Origin: a virus
Taxonomy: Duplodnaviria > Heunggongvirae > Uroviricota > Caudoviricetes
Direction: 5' to 3' (one strand)
Length of the DNA stretch: 64,000 nucleotides
IMG/VR virus record: IMGVR_UViG_3300028888_000113
Shown in pieces: positions 9,345-18,345 of the stretch (the stretch's first letter is position 1; each line of letters starts with the position of its first letter). Both the position numbers and the translations under genes were made by a program. Below the pieces are notes generated by a model that was given only the letters and a program-made list of their open reading frames with translations, ran no database searches and was not told where the DNA came from.

Positions 9345-9847
9345 TTAAAGATTAAACTTCCCATCACCGATAGCCAACAAATGGCCTCGGCAACGAACAC
9401 ACCTTTCCCCTTGACTGCTTTCCCAAGATCTCCTTGAGGCTGGACATAGACGCTGCCCATGAAAAACACAAACAGCATCCACGATGCGAGCCACTGCACA
9501 TCAATGATGCAGACGCACATCTGTGAGAATACCCCTGCAGTTACTCCAAGCACATTATGGGCTTTGTTCCTTTCTCCCTGGACTAATGGCATAGCACCGG
9601 TGAACATGAGACTCGTAGCAAAGCAATGTGCTAATATTCCCCAGTCTTCACCGATAACATCAAACAGGGTAGGGCAAAACAGCAATGTCACAGACCATAT
9701 CCACAGAGTCCATAAATACTTTCCTCCTTTTGGTAGGTTATAGACCATTGCTGATACTGAGTCAGGCAGTCTTTTATGCACACAGATGGTAGCCCCCACA
9801 TAGAGGGCCACCAAAAGGATGCTTGATATGAGTAACGTGAAAGTCAT
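9341..9847 (-). CDS. Multi-pass membrane protein (holin/antiholin candidate)
   Basis: 168 aa, 4-5 hydrophobic segments. Confidence 0.35.
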   Translation of the reverse strand: MTFTLLISSILLVALYVGATICVHKRLPDSVSAMVYNLPKGGKYLWTLWIWSVTLLFCPTLFDVIGEDWGILAHCFATSLMFTGAMPLVQGERNKAHNVLGVTAGVFSQMCVCIIDVQWLASWMLFVFFMGSVYVQPQGDLGKAVKGKGVFVAEAICWLSVMGSLIFK

Positions 9848-9852
9848 AGGGC

Positions 9853-10401
9853 CTACTCGCTAACGGTTTCCGACTCTTCCTTGTTGAAGAATGCCTCGTA
9901 TGGCTCGAAGTTTATGCTGTCTTTCTTTATCCAGCCTGCAGCAAGTGTCTGCTCGATATAGTCATACACGGCAAAATAGAACTCATTCAGCTCGTCAAGC
10001 GTGTTGAATGTGCGGTAGTACGCTTTCTTGCTTTCGTCCTCGCTGATCTTGAAGGTCTTGGGCTGATAGTTCTTTGAACCCTTCTTGTCTGCCAGACGCT
10101 GGGCCTCAGAATAGTTGGTCTGATTCTCGCGCGACAACCAAACATGACGTTCAACACCTTCGTTGTCTTCCCACACAAAACCTGTCAAAATCTTCTCGTC
10201 AGTCTGAGAGTCGATGTCTGCAATGATGGCTCCCTTCACCATGTCGAGAGTCAACATAGGATTTTTCTTCTTCGGAAGATAAACCTCTACCCAAGTAGCT
10301 TTCTCTTCGTCAATGACTTCAAGACCATAGCTGATTACAATACGTGTACCCTCTTCACGAACGGGTACGAACTCACTGATAAGACCTTGTACTTTGTTCA
10401 T
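9853..10401 (-). CDS. Hypothetical acidic protein
   Basis: 182-aa ORF directly downstream of the DGR RT. Confidence 0.4.
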   Translation of the reverse strand: MNKVQGLISEFVPVREEGTRIVISYGLEVIDEEKATWVEVYLPKKKNPMLTLDMVKGAIIADIDSQTDEKILTGFVWEDNEGVERHVWLSRENQTNYSEAQRLADKKGSKNYQPKTFKISEDESKKAYYRTFNTLDELNEFYFAVYDYIEQTLAAGWIKKDSINFEPYEAFFNKEESETVSE

Positions 10402-10421
10402 AATCCCTAAATTTTAATTTG

Positions 10422-11606
10422 TTAATACCTGAAAACTTTTTTCTCTGTTATTTTGGTCAGACCATCGTCTAAGACTCCGAGTCTGAGTATTTCCTTTACC
10501 ATGAATAGCCTCCGTCTTATTCTGTAAGAAGCAGTATGCTGGAAGATTCCAAGATAGGAGTTGATACTTCTCAGCACTTTCTTCGGACTGGAGAAATCGA
10601 GCATTTTCAGCTTCAATTCTATTCTCTGGAGCGAGTGCCTTGAGATATAGATCCTCCAGGGCTTGATGAAGGAACCAAGAAACTCCACTCCCTGATGCAC
10701 TTCCGAAATCGTTAGTTTGCCTCTGTGTAGTTCCAATCCCAACTCTTCCTTGAGAAATCTCTGAATGTCTGGCACCAACGACAGAAGCCAATCTTTGTCC
10801 GATGACACTACGGCTGCATCGTCCACATATCTGCCGTAATAGCGACATTTCAGCACTCTCTTCATGAACTGGTCGAACACGTTCAGATAGACATTGCTGA
10901 ATAGTTGAGAGGTCAGGTTTCCTATCGGAAGACCCAATCCTTCCAACAGATTCAGCATTGACTTGGCTGGGTCGAGACCATCCCAATCCGAAGGATCGCC
11001 ACAGATGATGCAGTTCAATTTCGGATCGAGCATTACTATCACCTCTGTAAGATAGCAGACAAAGTCCATGTCGAGCCTGTCCTGCCATAGCGCGGGATGA
11101 TATTTGTTGATCCTGTGAGTGGCCATGTTCCTCAGAGACTTCAAGGCTATTTCCAACAGCCTGCGACGAACTATGTGCATGAAGTAGCCCCTGATGTCTA
11201 AGTGCATCACATAGCACTTGCGTTGCCAATTCCTCGATTCCTTCCTGCAGAAGTCCTCTATACGATGTATGCCGTAGTGGGTACCACGTCCCTTTATGCA
11301 ACTGTAAGAGTCTATGATAAACGTCCTCTCGTAGAGACCGTGCGTATAGTTGAAGTACAGGTGATGCACTATCCTGTCTCTGAACATTGCAGCGAAGATC
11401 TCTCTCTTCTTCGGATAATCGACAATGAAGCATTTCGACGGGAGAGGCTTGTAACGACGATAATACAAGTCGTCGCACAATTCTTCCATATTCCTTTTCA
11501 GGTCTTTTGCCCATTTCTTCACGTATGAGCGATTGGACTTGTGCTTCCGTGCGTCGTAGTAGGCAACATACAGGTCGAACAGAAGTCTCTCCCGTGTAAG
11601 AGTCAT
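10422..11606 (-). CDS. DGR reverse transcriptase
   Basis: RT motifs including YVDDAAV (motif C) and LGF..KPW. TR lies 38 bp upstream. 394 aa, typical DGR RT size. Confidence 0.9.
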   Translation of the reverse strand: MTLTRERLLFDLYVAYYDARKHKSNRSYVKKWAKDLKRNMEELCDDLYYRRYKPLPSKCFIVDYPKKREIFAAMFRDRIVHHLYFNYTHGLYERTFIIDSYSCIKGRGTHYGIHRIEDFCRKESRNWQRKCYVMHLDIRGYFMHIVRRRLLEIALKSLRNMATHRINKYHPALWQDRLDMDFVCYLTEVIVMLDPKLNCIICGDPSDWDGLDPAKSMLNLLEGLGLPIGNLTSQLFSNVYLNVFDQFMKRVLKCRYYGRYVDDAAVVSSDKDWLLSLVPDIQRFLKEELGLELHRGKLTISEVHQGVEFLGSFIKPWRIYISRHSLQRIELKLKMLDFSSPKKVLRSINSYLGIFQHTASYRIRRRLFMVKEILRLGVLDDGLTKITEKKVFRY

Positions 11607-11643
11607 GCTTCTCTATATTTAAAAGGATGATTGCAGTTGAGTG

Positions 11644-11821
11644 CTGAACCGGGCGCACCGCGAAGCCGTTGTACCGGTTGTTGTTGTTCTGAGGATTCAC
11701 CCCACCACTGTTGAAGTTCAAGTTCCGAGCGTTGGCTGCGGAGTTGAACGAAGCAGACCAGTAGTTGCCATTGCCGCCACGGTTGTTCCACGACGCGCCA
11801 TTGCCGTTGCCAGAGCAAGGG
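11644..11821 (-). repeat. DGR template repeat (TR)
   Basis: 178-bp stretch matching 12675-12852 with 19 mismatches. All 19 are at TR adenines on the coding (-) strand. TR translates N-rich (AAC codons) in the VR frame. Confidence 0.9.
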
Positions 11822-11978
11822 AAGAAGGCTTTTCGGTCACCGCCTTTTACGAAGACCACAATGGGTTGCACTAAGCAAGACAATGTGGCATCTTTGCTTT
11901 TTCCCGAATCACGAAGACTCAGGACGGATGACCTGTGAACTTCTATCTGAACCATCCTTATAGGTTTTACATTTGTTA

Positions 11979-12539
11979 TCAGAACATAGCAGAAACTTGT
12001 TGTCTCAACTGACGTAAGAACTCCCATGCCTCCATAGGAGATTTCGACTCAATGGGATATGACACTATCCTTGCGAGCACATCAGACATACGTGTGATCC
12101 TTGGTGCCGCCTCAGACACCTCACGATCCTCTCGCTTAGTCTTCTTCTGCTCATTCATCTGAAGAGATTCTTTCCAGTCATCGACACCTTTTCTGAAAGT
12201 CTCAGCGTCAACGTTTAAATATTCTTCTGGAAGAGGTACGATAATCTCGATGTGGTTGTCATCGACAGGATTGAACTTCACTGTTCCATCATTGGGAATA
12301 TACTTTCCCAAAGATGCGACAGGAAATCCTACCCATGCTTCAATGTAGTTGTCCTTTAACCTCTTTGCAGAGATATTCAATGGCTTGTTCTTTGCCTCGC
12401 CCATTGGGAACTTCGTCATCAGCCATGCGCTCCAGTCGTGTGCACGGTAGAAATTATTCTCTTTCAGAAGATGGATTACTCCATACTGATCAGAAGCCTG
12501 TCTGTTGCTTTCTATTTCAACGATTTCTGCTATTGTCAT
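11979..12539 (-). CDS. DGR accessory protein candidate (Avd position)
   Basis: 186-aa ORF located between target gene and TR, the canonical accessory-gene slot. No recognisable motif, so the call is positional only. Confidence 0.35.
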   Translation of the reverse strand: MTIAEIVEIESNRQASDQYGVIHLLKENNFYRAHDWSAWLMTKFPMGEAKNKPLNISAKRLKDNYIEAWVGFPVASLGKYIPNDGTVKFNPVDDNHIEIIVPLPEEYLNVDAETFRKGVDDWKESLQMNEQKKTKREDREVSEAAPRITRMSDVLARIVSYPIESKSPMEAWEFLRQLRQQVSAMF

Positions 12540-12580
12540 TTTTTCTCTTTTTAGTTTATTTATTCCCTCCCATTGCGGAG

Positions 12581-12626
12581 TGTGCCTTGTGGCCGCTTGT
12601 GGAGCGGCCTTGGTGGCACACCCCGA
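12581..12626 (-). other. GC-rich stem-loop immediately downstream of VR (DGR homing-associated hairpin candidate)
   Basis: GTGTGCC..GGCCGCT TGTGG AGCGGCC..GGCACAC nested inverted repeat ~50-90 bp 3' of the VR/IMH end. Confidence 0.5.
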
Positions 12627-12671
12627 ATGATTGGGATTGGTTTGTTCTCTCTTGGTTGGCCAAGATAGAAG

Positions 12672-13787
12672 TTACTGAACCGGGCGCACCGCGAAGCCGT
12701 AGCACCGGCTGCTGTAGCTCCGAGGAGTCACCCCACCACTGCTGAAGCTCAAGTTCCGAGCGTGGGCTGCGGAGTAGAACGAAGCAGACCAGTAGTAGCC
12801 AACGCCGCCACGGGGGTACCACGACGCGCCATTGCCGTAGCCAGAGCAAGGGCAGAAGAGAAGATTACCGTTAATCTTTGACTTCAAATACAAGCCTAAG
12901 ACGCCGTTTACGGTCACACGCTTATCTGTTGTAGCAGAGTCTATGACGGTGCCGTTAGCGTAAATGAAATCGCAATTTGCAAACAGTTCTGCGTACTCTT
13001 CTGTTGTCGGCATACGCCAAGGTGCACCGAGATTTACACGGGCAGCGTCCTGAGAAGCAGCGAGACTTGCCGTGATACCACAGCCAGGAGTCTGACCGTA
13101 GATAGAATCGGACTTATAGCCGTTACCAGCGTCATTCTTCGAGTTGTCCCATGTTCCGAAGTCGTGGTTGAAACTTGAGTTATCCTTTGGATTGAACATC
13201 TGAGTATTACCCCATGACACAAAAGAACACTCATATTGGAACTCAGAGGCAGCGAAGCCATTGGCCTGAGTAACGTCGATGTTCTTCTTTGCCCAGAGCA
13301 AACCAGATGGTAAGCCCATGTCAACGTACAGATCTTCCTGTACAGATGTTTTCTCCTGTCCGAGAATGCCGATGATGTTCCAGTTCGTACCGTCGTACTG
13401 TAACTGTACTACGGTCCGAGCCTTTACGACTCCTGCCTGCAGGGTATTACCCATGATCTTGATGGGCTTTGCACCTGTACTGTTCACGTTCAGTGTTGCT
13501 CCTGCTACGGCTATTGCAGACGTGAACAGAACGCTCACGATACCGTTTTTCAGAAGAATGAAGTCGCTGATGGCTACGGTCTTTGCCTGTGTCGTGGCTT
13601 CAGTGCTGCACGTTCCGATACCGTTACCAGCCTTTGCCATGTCGCGTACCAACTGCTGGGCAGGGTATTTCCCTGCGGGAGTACCGTCAGGATTAAATAT
13701 CATGACTGTCTGGGTAGCACCGGGAGCTGCGTTTGGCAATCCAGCCTGTACCGCTTTCAATACGTTTGCTGTTGAAATAGTGTCCAT
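12672..13787 (-). CDS. DGR target protein, C-terminal DUF1566/C-type-lectin-like variable domain (putative receptor-binding protein)
   Basis: C-terminus CSGYGNGASWYPRGGVGYYWSASFYSAAHARNLSFSSGGVTPRSYSSRCYGFAVRPVQ is encoded by the VR. ...YGFAVRPV is the characteristic ending of Bacteroides DGR CLec/DUF1566 targets. Confidence 0.8.
   Translation of the reverse strand: MDTISTANVLKAVQAGLPNAAPGATQTVMIFNPDGTPAGKYPAQQLVRDMAKAGNGIGTCSTEATTQAKTVAISDFILLKNGIVSVLFTSAIAVAGATLNVNSTGAKPIKIMGNTLQAGVVKARTVVQLQYDGTNWNIIGILGQEKTSVQEDLYVDMGLPSGLLWAKKNIDVTQANGFAASEFQYECSFVSWGNTQMFNPKDNSSFNHDFGTWDNSKNDAGNGYKSDSIYGQTPGCGITASLAASQDAARVNLGAPWRMPTTEEYAELFANCDFIYANGTVIDSATTDKRVTVNGVLGLYLKSKINGNLLFCPCSGYGNGASWYPRGGVGYYWSASFYSAAHARNLSFSSGGVTPRSYSSRCYGFAVRPVQ
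12675..12852 (-). repeat. DGR variable repeat (VR) at the 3' end of the target gene
   Basis: Homologous to the TR. Differs only at positions where the TR has A. The 3'-terminal 26 nt (GC-rich IMH-like) are identical to the TR. Confidence 0.9.
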
Positions 13788-13830
13788 GATTATTCTTACT
13801 TTTTTGTTGTTAAAAACTTATGTTTCACAC

Positions 13831-14394
13831 TTAGGATTTTGTAACCACCGTCTTATCCATCAGCTTTGCCACTTCTGTAAGGAGTTGTTTGGCTGTATAG
13901 GTAGTTCCGTTGTAGGTAATGCCTTCAACGATTTCACCAAAGGCACCTTCAAGCGTGGTGATTCTCGCATTCAGACTCTTTATCCAGTACTCTACGGAGG
14001 CATCGGTGAATAGTTCCCAATCACTGTGGATGGTGGTATCGTCAACGACGAATGCAATCCTGCCGTTCACGGTATGGGTCACGAAGGCCCCGTCCTGCAC
14101 CGCCATCACTACAGGAGAATGGCTCGTCTGTCTCAATGAGCGATACAGCACACCGTTGATACCGATGACAGAGTTTTTCGCAAATGTACTCGACGGTGTG
14201 AGCGAGTTTACATCTACGGGAATGAGGGTTTCTAATTCGCTCAGCTCTGTCTTTGAAGCGAGATTAGCAAGGCACCATGCGTAGATGGGCTTGTAGATCT
14301 TCACAAGCAAAGCCTTCAACAAATTATGAAATGCCGCATTACTCATATTGCGTCTCTTTTTTGAAGTTAAAAACTTGGCTGGCAGGATAGCCAA
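13831..14394 (-). CDS. Tail fibre-like protein with a shared C-terminal domain
   Basis: C-terminal region (LTPSSTFAKNSVIGINGVLYR...SDWELFTDAS) is paralogous to the C-terminus of 15828-16709. Confidence 0.45.
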   Translation of the reverse strand: MAILPAKFLTSKKRRNMSNAAFHNLLKALLVKIYKPIYAWCLANLASKTELSELETLIPVDVNSLTPSSTFAKNSVIGINGVLYRSLRQTSHSPVVMAVQDGAFVTHTVNGRIAFVVDDTTIHSDWELFTDASVEYWIKSLNARITTLEGAFGEIVEGITYNGTTYTAKQLLTEVAKLMDKTVVTKS

Positions 14395-14434
14395 ATGTTA
14401 GTATAACGAGTCTTTATCCTGCCAGCCTTTTTGC

Positions 14435-15247
14435 TTAATCACCACTCTGTGCAGGAGTATTGGCAGCTGCTACGGCAGCATCCCAAGCAGCAGTACACTC
14501 TTCCTCTGTGATGATTCCGAAGTCAGCCTCAGCAGCGTAGCCAGCATCAGCGTGATTACCCCAACCGAAAGCAGTCTCGGCATGACCGAGCTTAGTCTGA
14601 ACGGCAGTAGCAAACTTAGCCTCAGTCAGAGTACCGTCAGCGATGTCTGCAGTAATGGTGTGAGTCTGAGGATCGATAGCAAGAGTAACCATCTTGCCAC
14701 TCTGATCGCCTGTGGTCAGATACTCGATGCAAGAACTCATGTCTGCGTAGCTGAAAGAAGGAGTCTCGCCAGCAGCGTTGCTGTTGTACTTCATGTAAAC
14801 ACCAGTACCGGTAACACCCTGAGCTGCGGTAACCTCGGTAGAACCGTCGTAGTACTTTCCACCGTCCTCTGTGATTGTCACAAGCTGGAACGTGCCGTTA
14901 AGAAGGTCCTTCTCGATGTCGATGTCCATCGTTGTGGCAGATGCACCCGTACCTTTGGTGAAACGATAACTCTTGAGCTTACCCGTGTTAGGAGTCTGCA
15001 GGACTTCAAAGGTAACTACGTCACTGTTGGCCTTGCCAGCCAGTTCAATGAGAGCGTCCTCTACGTTAGCGGTCTCCTGAGAGAAAGCTGCATTGGTGAA
15101 AGCGATGTCACCAGCAACGAGAGCGTCTTTCAAGCCATCGGCATAAGCCTTAGCTGAGTTAAAACTTGCTACGATTGTAGCTGCAATAAGGTTCAGCACA
15201 AACTGCAGGCGAACCTTGGTCACGATTTTTGACAGATCAATTGTCAT
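14435..15247 (-). CDS. Structural (tail fibre-associated) hypothetical protein
   Basis: 270 aa, Gly/Thr/Ala-rich, in the fibre module. Confidence 0.4.
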   Translation of the reverse strand: MTIDLSKIVTKVRLQFVLNLIAATIVASFNSAKAYADGLKDALVAGDIAFTNAAFSQETANVEDALIELAGKANSDVVTFEVLQTPNTGKLKSYRFTKGTGASATTMDIDIEKDLLNGTFQLVTITEDGGKYYDGSTEVTAAQGVTGTGVYMKYNSNAAGETPSFSYADMSSCIEYLTTGDQSGKMVTLAIDPQTHTITADIADGTLTEAKFATAVQTKLGHAETAFGWGNHADAGYAAEADFGIITEEECTAAWDAAVAAANTPAQSGD

Positions 15248-15304
15248 AATGCTTAAAATTTAAATGTTAATAAAAAAGTGAATTATACTGAGTAAAACTC
15301 ATTC

Positions 15305-15601
15305 TTAACTTCCTTCTGACTCGTCAGGATTAGTGCCTATGTCGAGTCCAGCGTTGCGCATGGCCTCGCTCCAGCCGTCCTCAAGCTCTTCCTCAGTCAC
15401 GACATTACTGTCATCCATCAAGTCAAGCTTGTCCTGAATACTTTTGTCGAGGTCTTCTTTCTTTACACCTTCATCCTCGATCTCAACAGTGCCTACACTG
15501 TTTGGAGCCGGGCGCGTTCCATCACCGCCGCCACCGCCAGCAAACTCATGCTGTTCACCGTCAACATCTTGGACTATTAACTTGTTTAATACATGTGTCA
15601 T
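15305..15601 (-). CDS. Acidic hypothetical protein
   Basis: 98 aa, Gly-run then D/E-rich. Confidence 0.3.
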   Translation of the reverse strand: MTHVLNKLIVQDVDGEQHEFAGGGGGDGTRPAPNSVGTVEIEDEGVKKEDLDKSIQDKLDLMDDSNVVTEEELEDGWSEAMRNAGLDIGTNPDESEGS

Positions 15602-15603
15602 AT

Positions 15604-15825
15604 CTACAAAATGATAATGATTGGTTGAATATTCTTCTTGTCTGCCTTGGCCTTGATGGCTGTCTTGGCAGTCAACTTGCTTGAATAGAACTTATTCAGT
15701 CCGAGAGAGGGACAGCCTTTCTGCCAGAACTGCCAGAACCACAAAAACTTTCGTCTCTGTTCAATCAGGTATCTCTTAGGAGCTACTCTTCTGACTCTGA
15801 TGAATATCTGCTTCTTTTTATCCAT
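15604..15825 (-). CDS. Small basic hypothetical protein
   Basis: 73-aa ORF. Confidence 0.3.
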   Translation of the reverse strand: MDKKKQIFIRVRRVAPKRYLIEQRRKFLWFWQFWQKGCPSLGLNKFYSSKLTAKTAIKAKADKKNIQPIIIIL

Positions 15826-15827
15826 GA

Positions 15828-16709
15828 CTATAGTGAATTAATGATGGTTTCAAGTCTTGCAATCCTTTCTTCGAGTTGTTTGAATCTGAGATCGCATGAT
15901 GCGTCTATCCATACTTCCCAATCAGAGTTCAGGGTGTTCGTTACCTTCACGAAGCACGTATGACCGAGAATCGTCTGCACGACAAACTTTCCGTCATCGG
16001 CCATGAAGTTGAAGGGTAGGGTGTTCGTTTCACTTTTTGCTCTGTAGATTACACCGTCAATGCAGATGATGGCATTCTTTACGAATGTACTTGATGGGCT
16101 TAGTGTGCTTTCTTTCACAGGGATCAAGGCGTAGCCACCTTCCGCTACGACTTTATCAGCAACATTGCCTGCAAGTTCCTGCTTCTCTGCTGTTGTCATG
16201 GAACTATAATCAAGGTCTTCGCCTTTATCACCCTTTTCACCTTTCACGTTCACGGTCTTCGTGGAACCGTTGCGGTTAGTTATCGAGAGTATGTTTCCGT
16301 TGAGAGTGGCATCGACATTCTCTGCACCTTCAATCTGATTCCTTGCATTCTCGCCTTGTTGCTGTGCAAATGCAGCTTTCTCTTCTGCAAGTCTGGCAGC
16401 TTGGTCGGCCAGTGTCGCCTTGTCATTGGCAAGGTTGGCCTTCTCTTCTGCAAGAGCGGCTTTTGCGTCAGCATTGTTGGCAGATGCACCAGTGCGATAC
16501 ACATTCACGATGCACCGCCAATAGTCAGAGGTCTTTGCCGATCCGTCTGCATTGTAACCAGGAAGTGCATGGCCCTTGTTGTTGTCAACGAGGGAGAGCC
16601 ATTCCGATTTGTATTGGTCCAGACAGGTCCACATCGATCCGTAATTCGTAGTAGCGTTATACGGAGCATCGGTAGGGTATGGAAGTATTTGTCCGAAATC
16701 TATATCCAT
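15828..16709 (-). CDS. Tail fibre protein (coiled-coil/collagen-like segment, shared C-terminal domain)
   Basis: Ala-rich coiled coil (AALAEEKANLANDKATLADQAARLAEEKAAF), short GEKGDKGE stretch, C-terminus paralogous to 13831-14394. Confidence 0.5.
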   Translation of the reverse strand: MDIDFGQILPYPTDAPYNATTNYGSMWTCLDQYKSEWLSLVDNNKGHALPGYNADGSAKTSDYWRCIVNVYRTGASANNADAKAALAEEKANLANDKATLADQAARLAEEKAAFAQQQGENARNQIEGAENVDATLNGNILSITNRNGSTKTVNVKGEKGDKGEDLDYSSMTTAEKQELAGNVADKVVAEGGYALIPVKESTLSPSSTFVKNAIICIDGVIYRAKSETNTLPFNFMADDGKFVVQTILGHTCFVKVTNTLNSDWEVWIDASCDLRFKQLEERIARLETIINSL

Positions 16710-16723
16710 AATGTCTCTGTTTT

Positions 16724-17707
16724 TTAGTCTATATACGTTGCTCTTAGCCGTCCGTTAACAAGAGATACATTTACTCTGTCGAGGTTATTCTTCACAACGT
16801 GAATCCGGCCAGTCTTCGGGTCTGTATAGAAGCGGTAGGCAATCAAGCCGCCAAGCCAGTAGTTTTCTGTTTCTTCCCACTCGCCTGTGCGCTGGTTTAG
16901 ACGCTCGTACTTGCCTGTATTCACGTTCTGCCTGATGGTGCCGTTCAGACGTACTTCCTCGTTTGCCTGACGTTGCTGTTCGTTGGCTTGACGTGTCTTC
17001 TCGTCAGCAACTCTCAGAAGCTCATTGGCAATGCGTTCGAGTTCTGCACGCTGTCTTGCAGCCTCCTTGTCGGTCCAGTCCTGCCAGTCGTCTTGAACAC
17101 CACTCCAGAAAGTATTCCATGTAGGCACGATTCCGTTAGTGTACCAATCGAGCCATTGCTTAACCCGTGCGGCATACCATGTGTCCCATGCTGATTTGGT
17201 AGATGGGTACCAGTCTGCCCATGTGGCTTGTGATGTTGACAGCCAGCTCTCAGCACCAGACTTGAATGGAGAATACCAGTTGTTGACAGTATTATAAATC
17301 GACTGCGCCCGTGCGCCCTGCTGCTCAGCTGTGTCGCCTTGATTCTTGACCTTGGTGTACAATGTGTTGTAACCTGTGATACAAGTATCAACTCTGTCAC
17401 CCTGATTCTTTGCGTAAGTACCTTGGCGTTCTGCTTCTGCTGCAGCATTCTCACAGCGGATGCGAAGATCCTCATTCAACCGAGACAGACCTTCAACAAG
17501 CGATGCTGGCTTCACATTGTCAACACGACGCAAACCTTGATACACATAGGTTGCGAGAAGGCCCATGTGACGTGTGCTGTCGAAGTTCACAAGCTGAATG
17601 TCAGAGGCCTCACGCATGATTGATGCGAAGTAGTCCAGGACATCCTGCTTGTGTTCGGCAAGCCACTGCCAGACAATGCCTGATGTGGTGTTATCTATTT
17701 CTGCCAT
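16724..17707 (-). CDS. Trp-rich structural hypothetical protein (fibre/baseplate-associated)
   Basis: 327 aa with repeated W-containing segments (WADWYPSTKSAWDTWYAARVKQWLDWY). Confidence 0.4.
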   Translation of the reverse strand: MAEIDNTTSGIVWQWLAEHKQDVLDYFASIMREASDIQLVNFDSTRHMGLLATYVYQGLRRVDNVKPASLVEGLSRLNEDLRIRCENAAAEAERQGTYAKNQGDRVDTCITGYNTLYTKVKNQGDTAEQQGARAQSIYNTVNNWYSPFKSGAESWLSTSQATWADWYPSTKSAWDTWYAARVKQWLDWYTNGIVPTWNTFWSGVQDDWQDWTDKEAARQRAELERIANELLRVADEKTRQANEQQRQANEEVRLNGTIRQNVNTGKYERLNQRTGEWEETENYWLGGLIAYRFYTDPKTGRIHVVKNNLDRVNVSLVNGRLRATYID

Positions 17708-17726
17708 AGTCGCCCTTGTTTAAGGA

Positions 17727-18029
17727 TTAGCCCTCTGTTTCTGATGCTGGAATAAGTTGAAGAATCAACGCGCTTACGGTTTCGACGATTTCACGGCTTG
17801 AGTTACGGCTCAGACCGTCAATCTCAACATTCATAAAGATGCGGCCTTGGTCCTCATTGAAAACGTAGCGGCCAATGTTCTTACCTTTCTGCTCGATACC
17901 ACCTTCTACGGCATACTTCTCGTCTTTGATGTCACGGACAGCATTGATATTGATGTCCTCACCAATCTCTACAGGAGCATAAGCCTTGTGTGCGCTCTCT
18001 GTAATCTCTGTCAACTGAATCTCTTTCAT
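17727..18029 (-). CDS. Hypothetical protein
   Basis: 100-aa ORF. Confidence 0.35.
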   Translation of the reverse strand: MKEIQLTEITESAHKAYAPVEIGEDININAVRDIKDEKYAVEGGIEQKGKNIGRYVFNEDQGRIFMNVEIDGLSRNSSREIVETVSALILQLIPASETEG

Positions 18030-18048
18030 AATCTTCTGTTTTTAATGA

Positions 18049-18339
18049 TTAAACTTTTTTATTATCGATATGCTTCATAAGAGCCGTGCGTACATACAGA
18101 ACAAGATCGCTCTGCTCAATGATAGACCTGATCTGAGTGAGCATATACTCACTGACCTCAGCCTCTCCTTTGTGATAGATCTCACGGGCCTTGTCATCAA
18201 GGCCGATGTCACCGGCACGCTGATGCACGATGTTGCCTACCACTTTTGACAAGTCCATCTTGGTAATCTTGTCAATGTTCTGCTCTACTTCAACTTCCTG
18301 CAGATTCAGCAGGATTGTCTTCTCTTCATTTTCTTTCAT
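18049..18339 (-). CDS. Hypothetical protein
   Basis: 96-aa ORF. Confidence 0.35.
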   Translation of the reverse strand: MKENEEKTILLNLQEVEVEQNIDKITKMDLSKVVGNIVHQRAGDIGLDDKAREIYHKGEAEVSEYMLTQIRSIIEQSDLVLYVRTALMKHIDNKKV

Positions 18340-18345
18340 TTTCGT

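Noticed and set aside
10414-12027. 537-aa ORF reading through the TR and overlapping the RT gene in another frame
   Set aside because: Its only meaningful segment is the TR translated in the VR frame (N-rich CSGNGNGASW...), expected from the TR's origin. The rest is antisense or out of frame to the RT with no motifs. Treated as an artefact of the open TR frame.
15828-16709. Collagen-like annotation from GEKGDKGE
   Set aside because: Only about three Gly-X-Y triplets, too short to call a collagen triple-helix domain. Kept only as a descriptive note.
16343-16727. + strand ORFs (102 and 123 aa) overlapping the tail fibre gene 15828-16709
   Set aside because: Antisense to the fibre gene. They reflect the reverse of its Ala/Gln-rich coiled coil.
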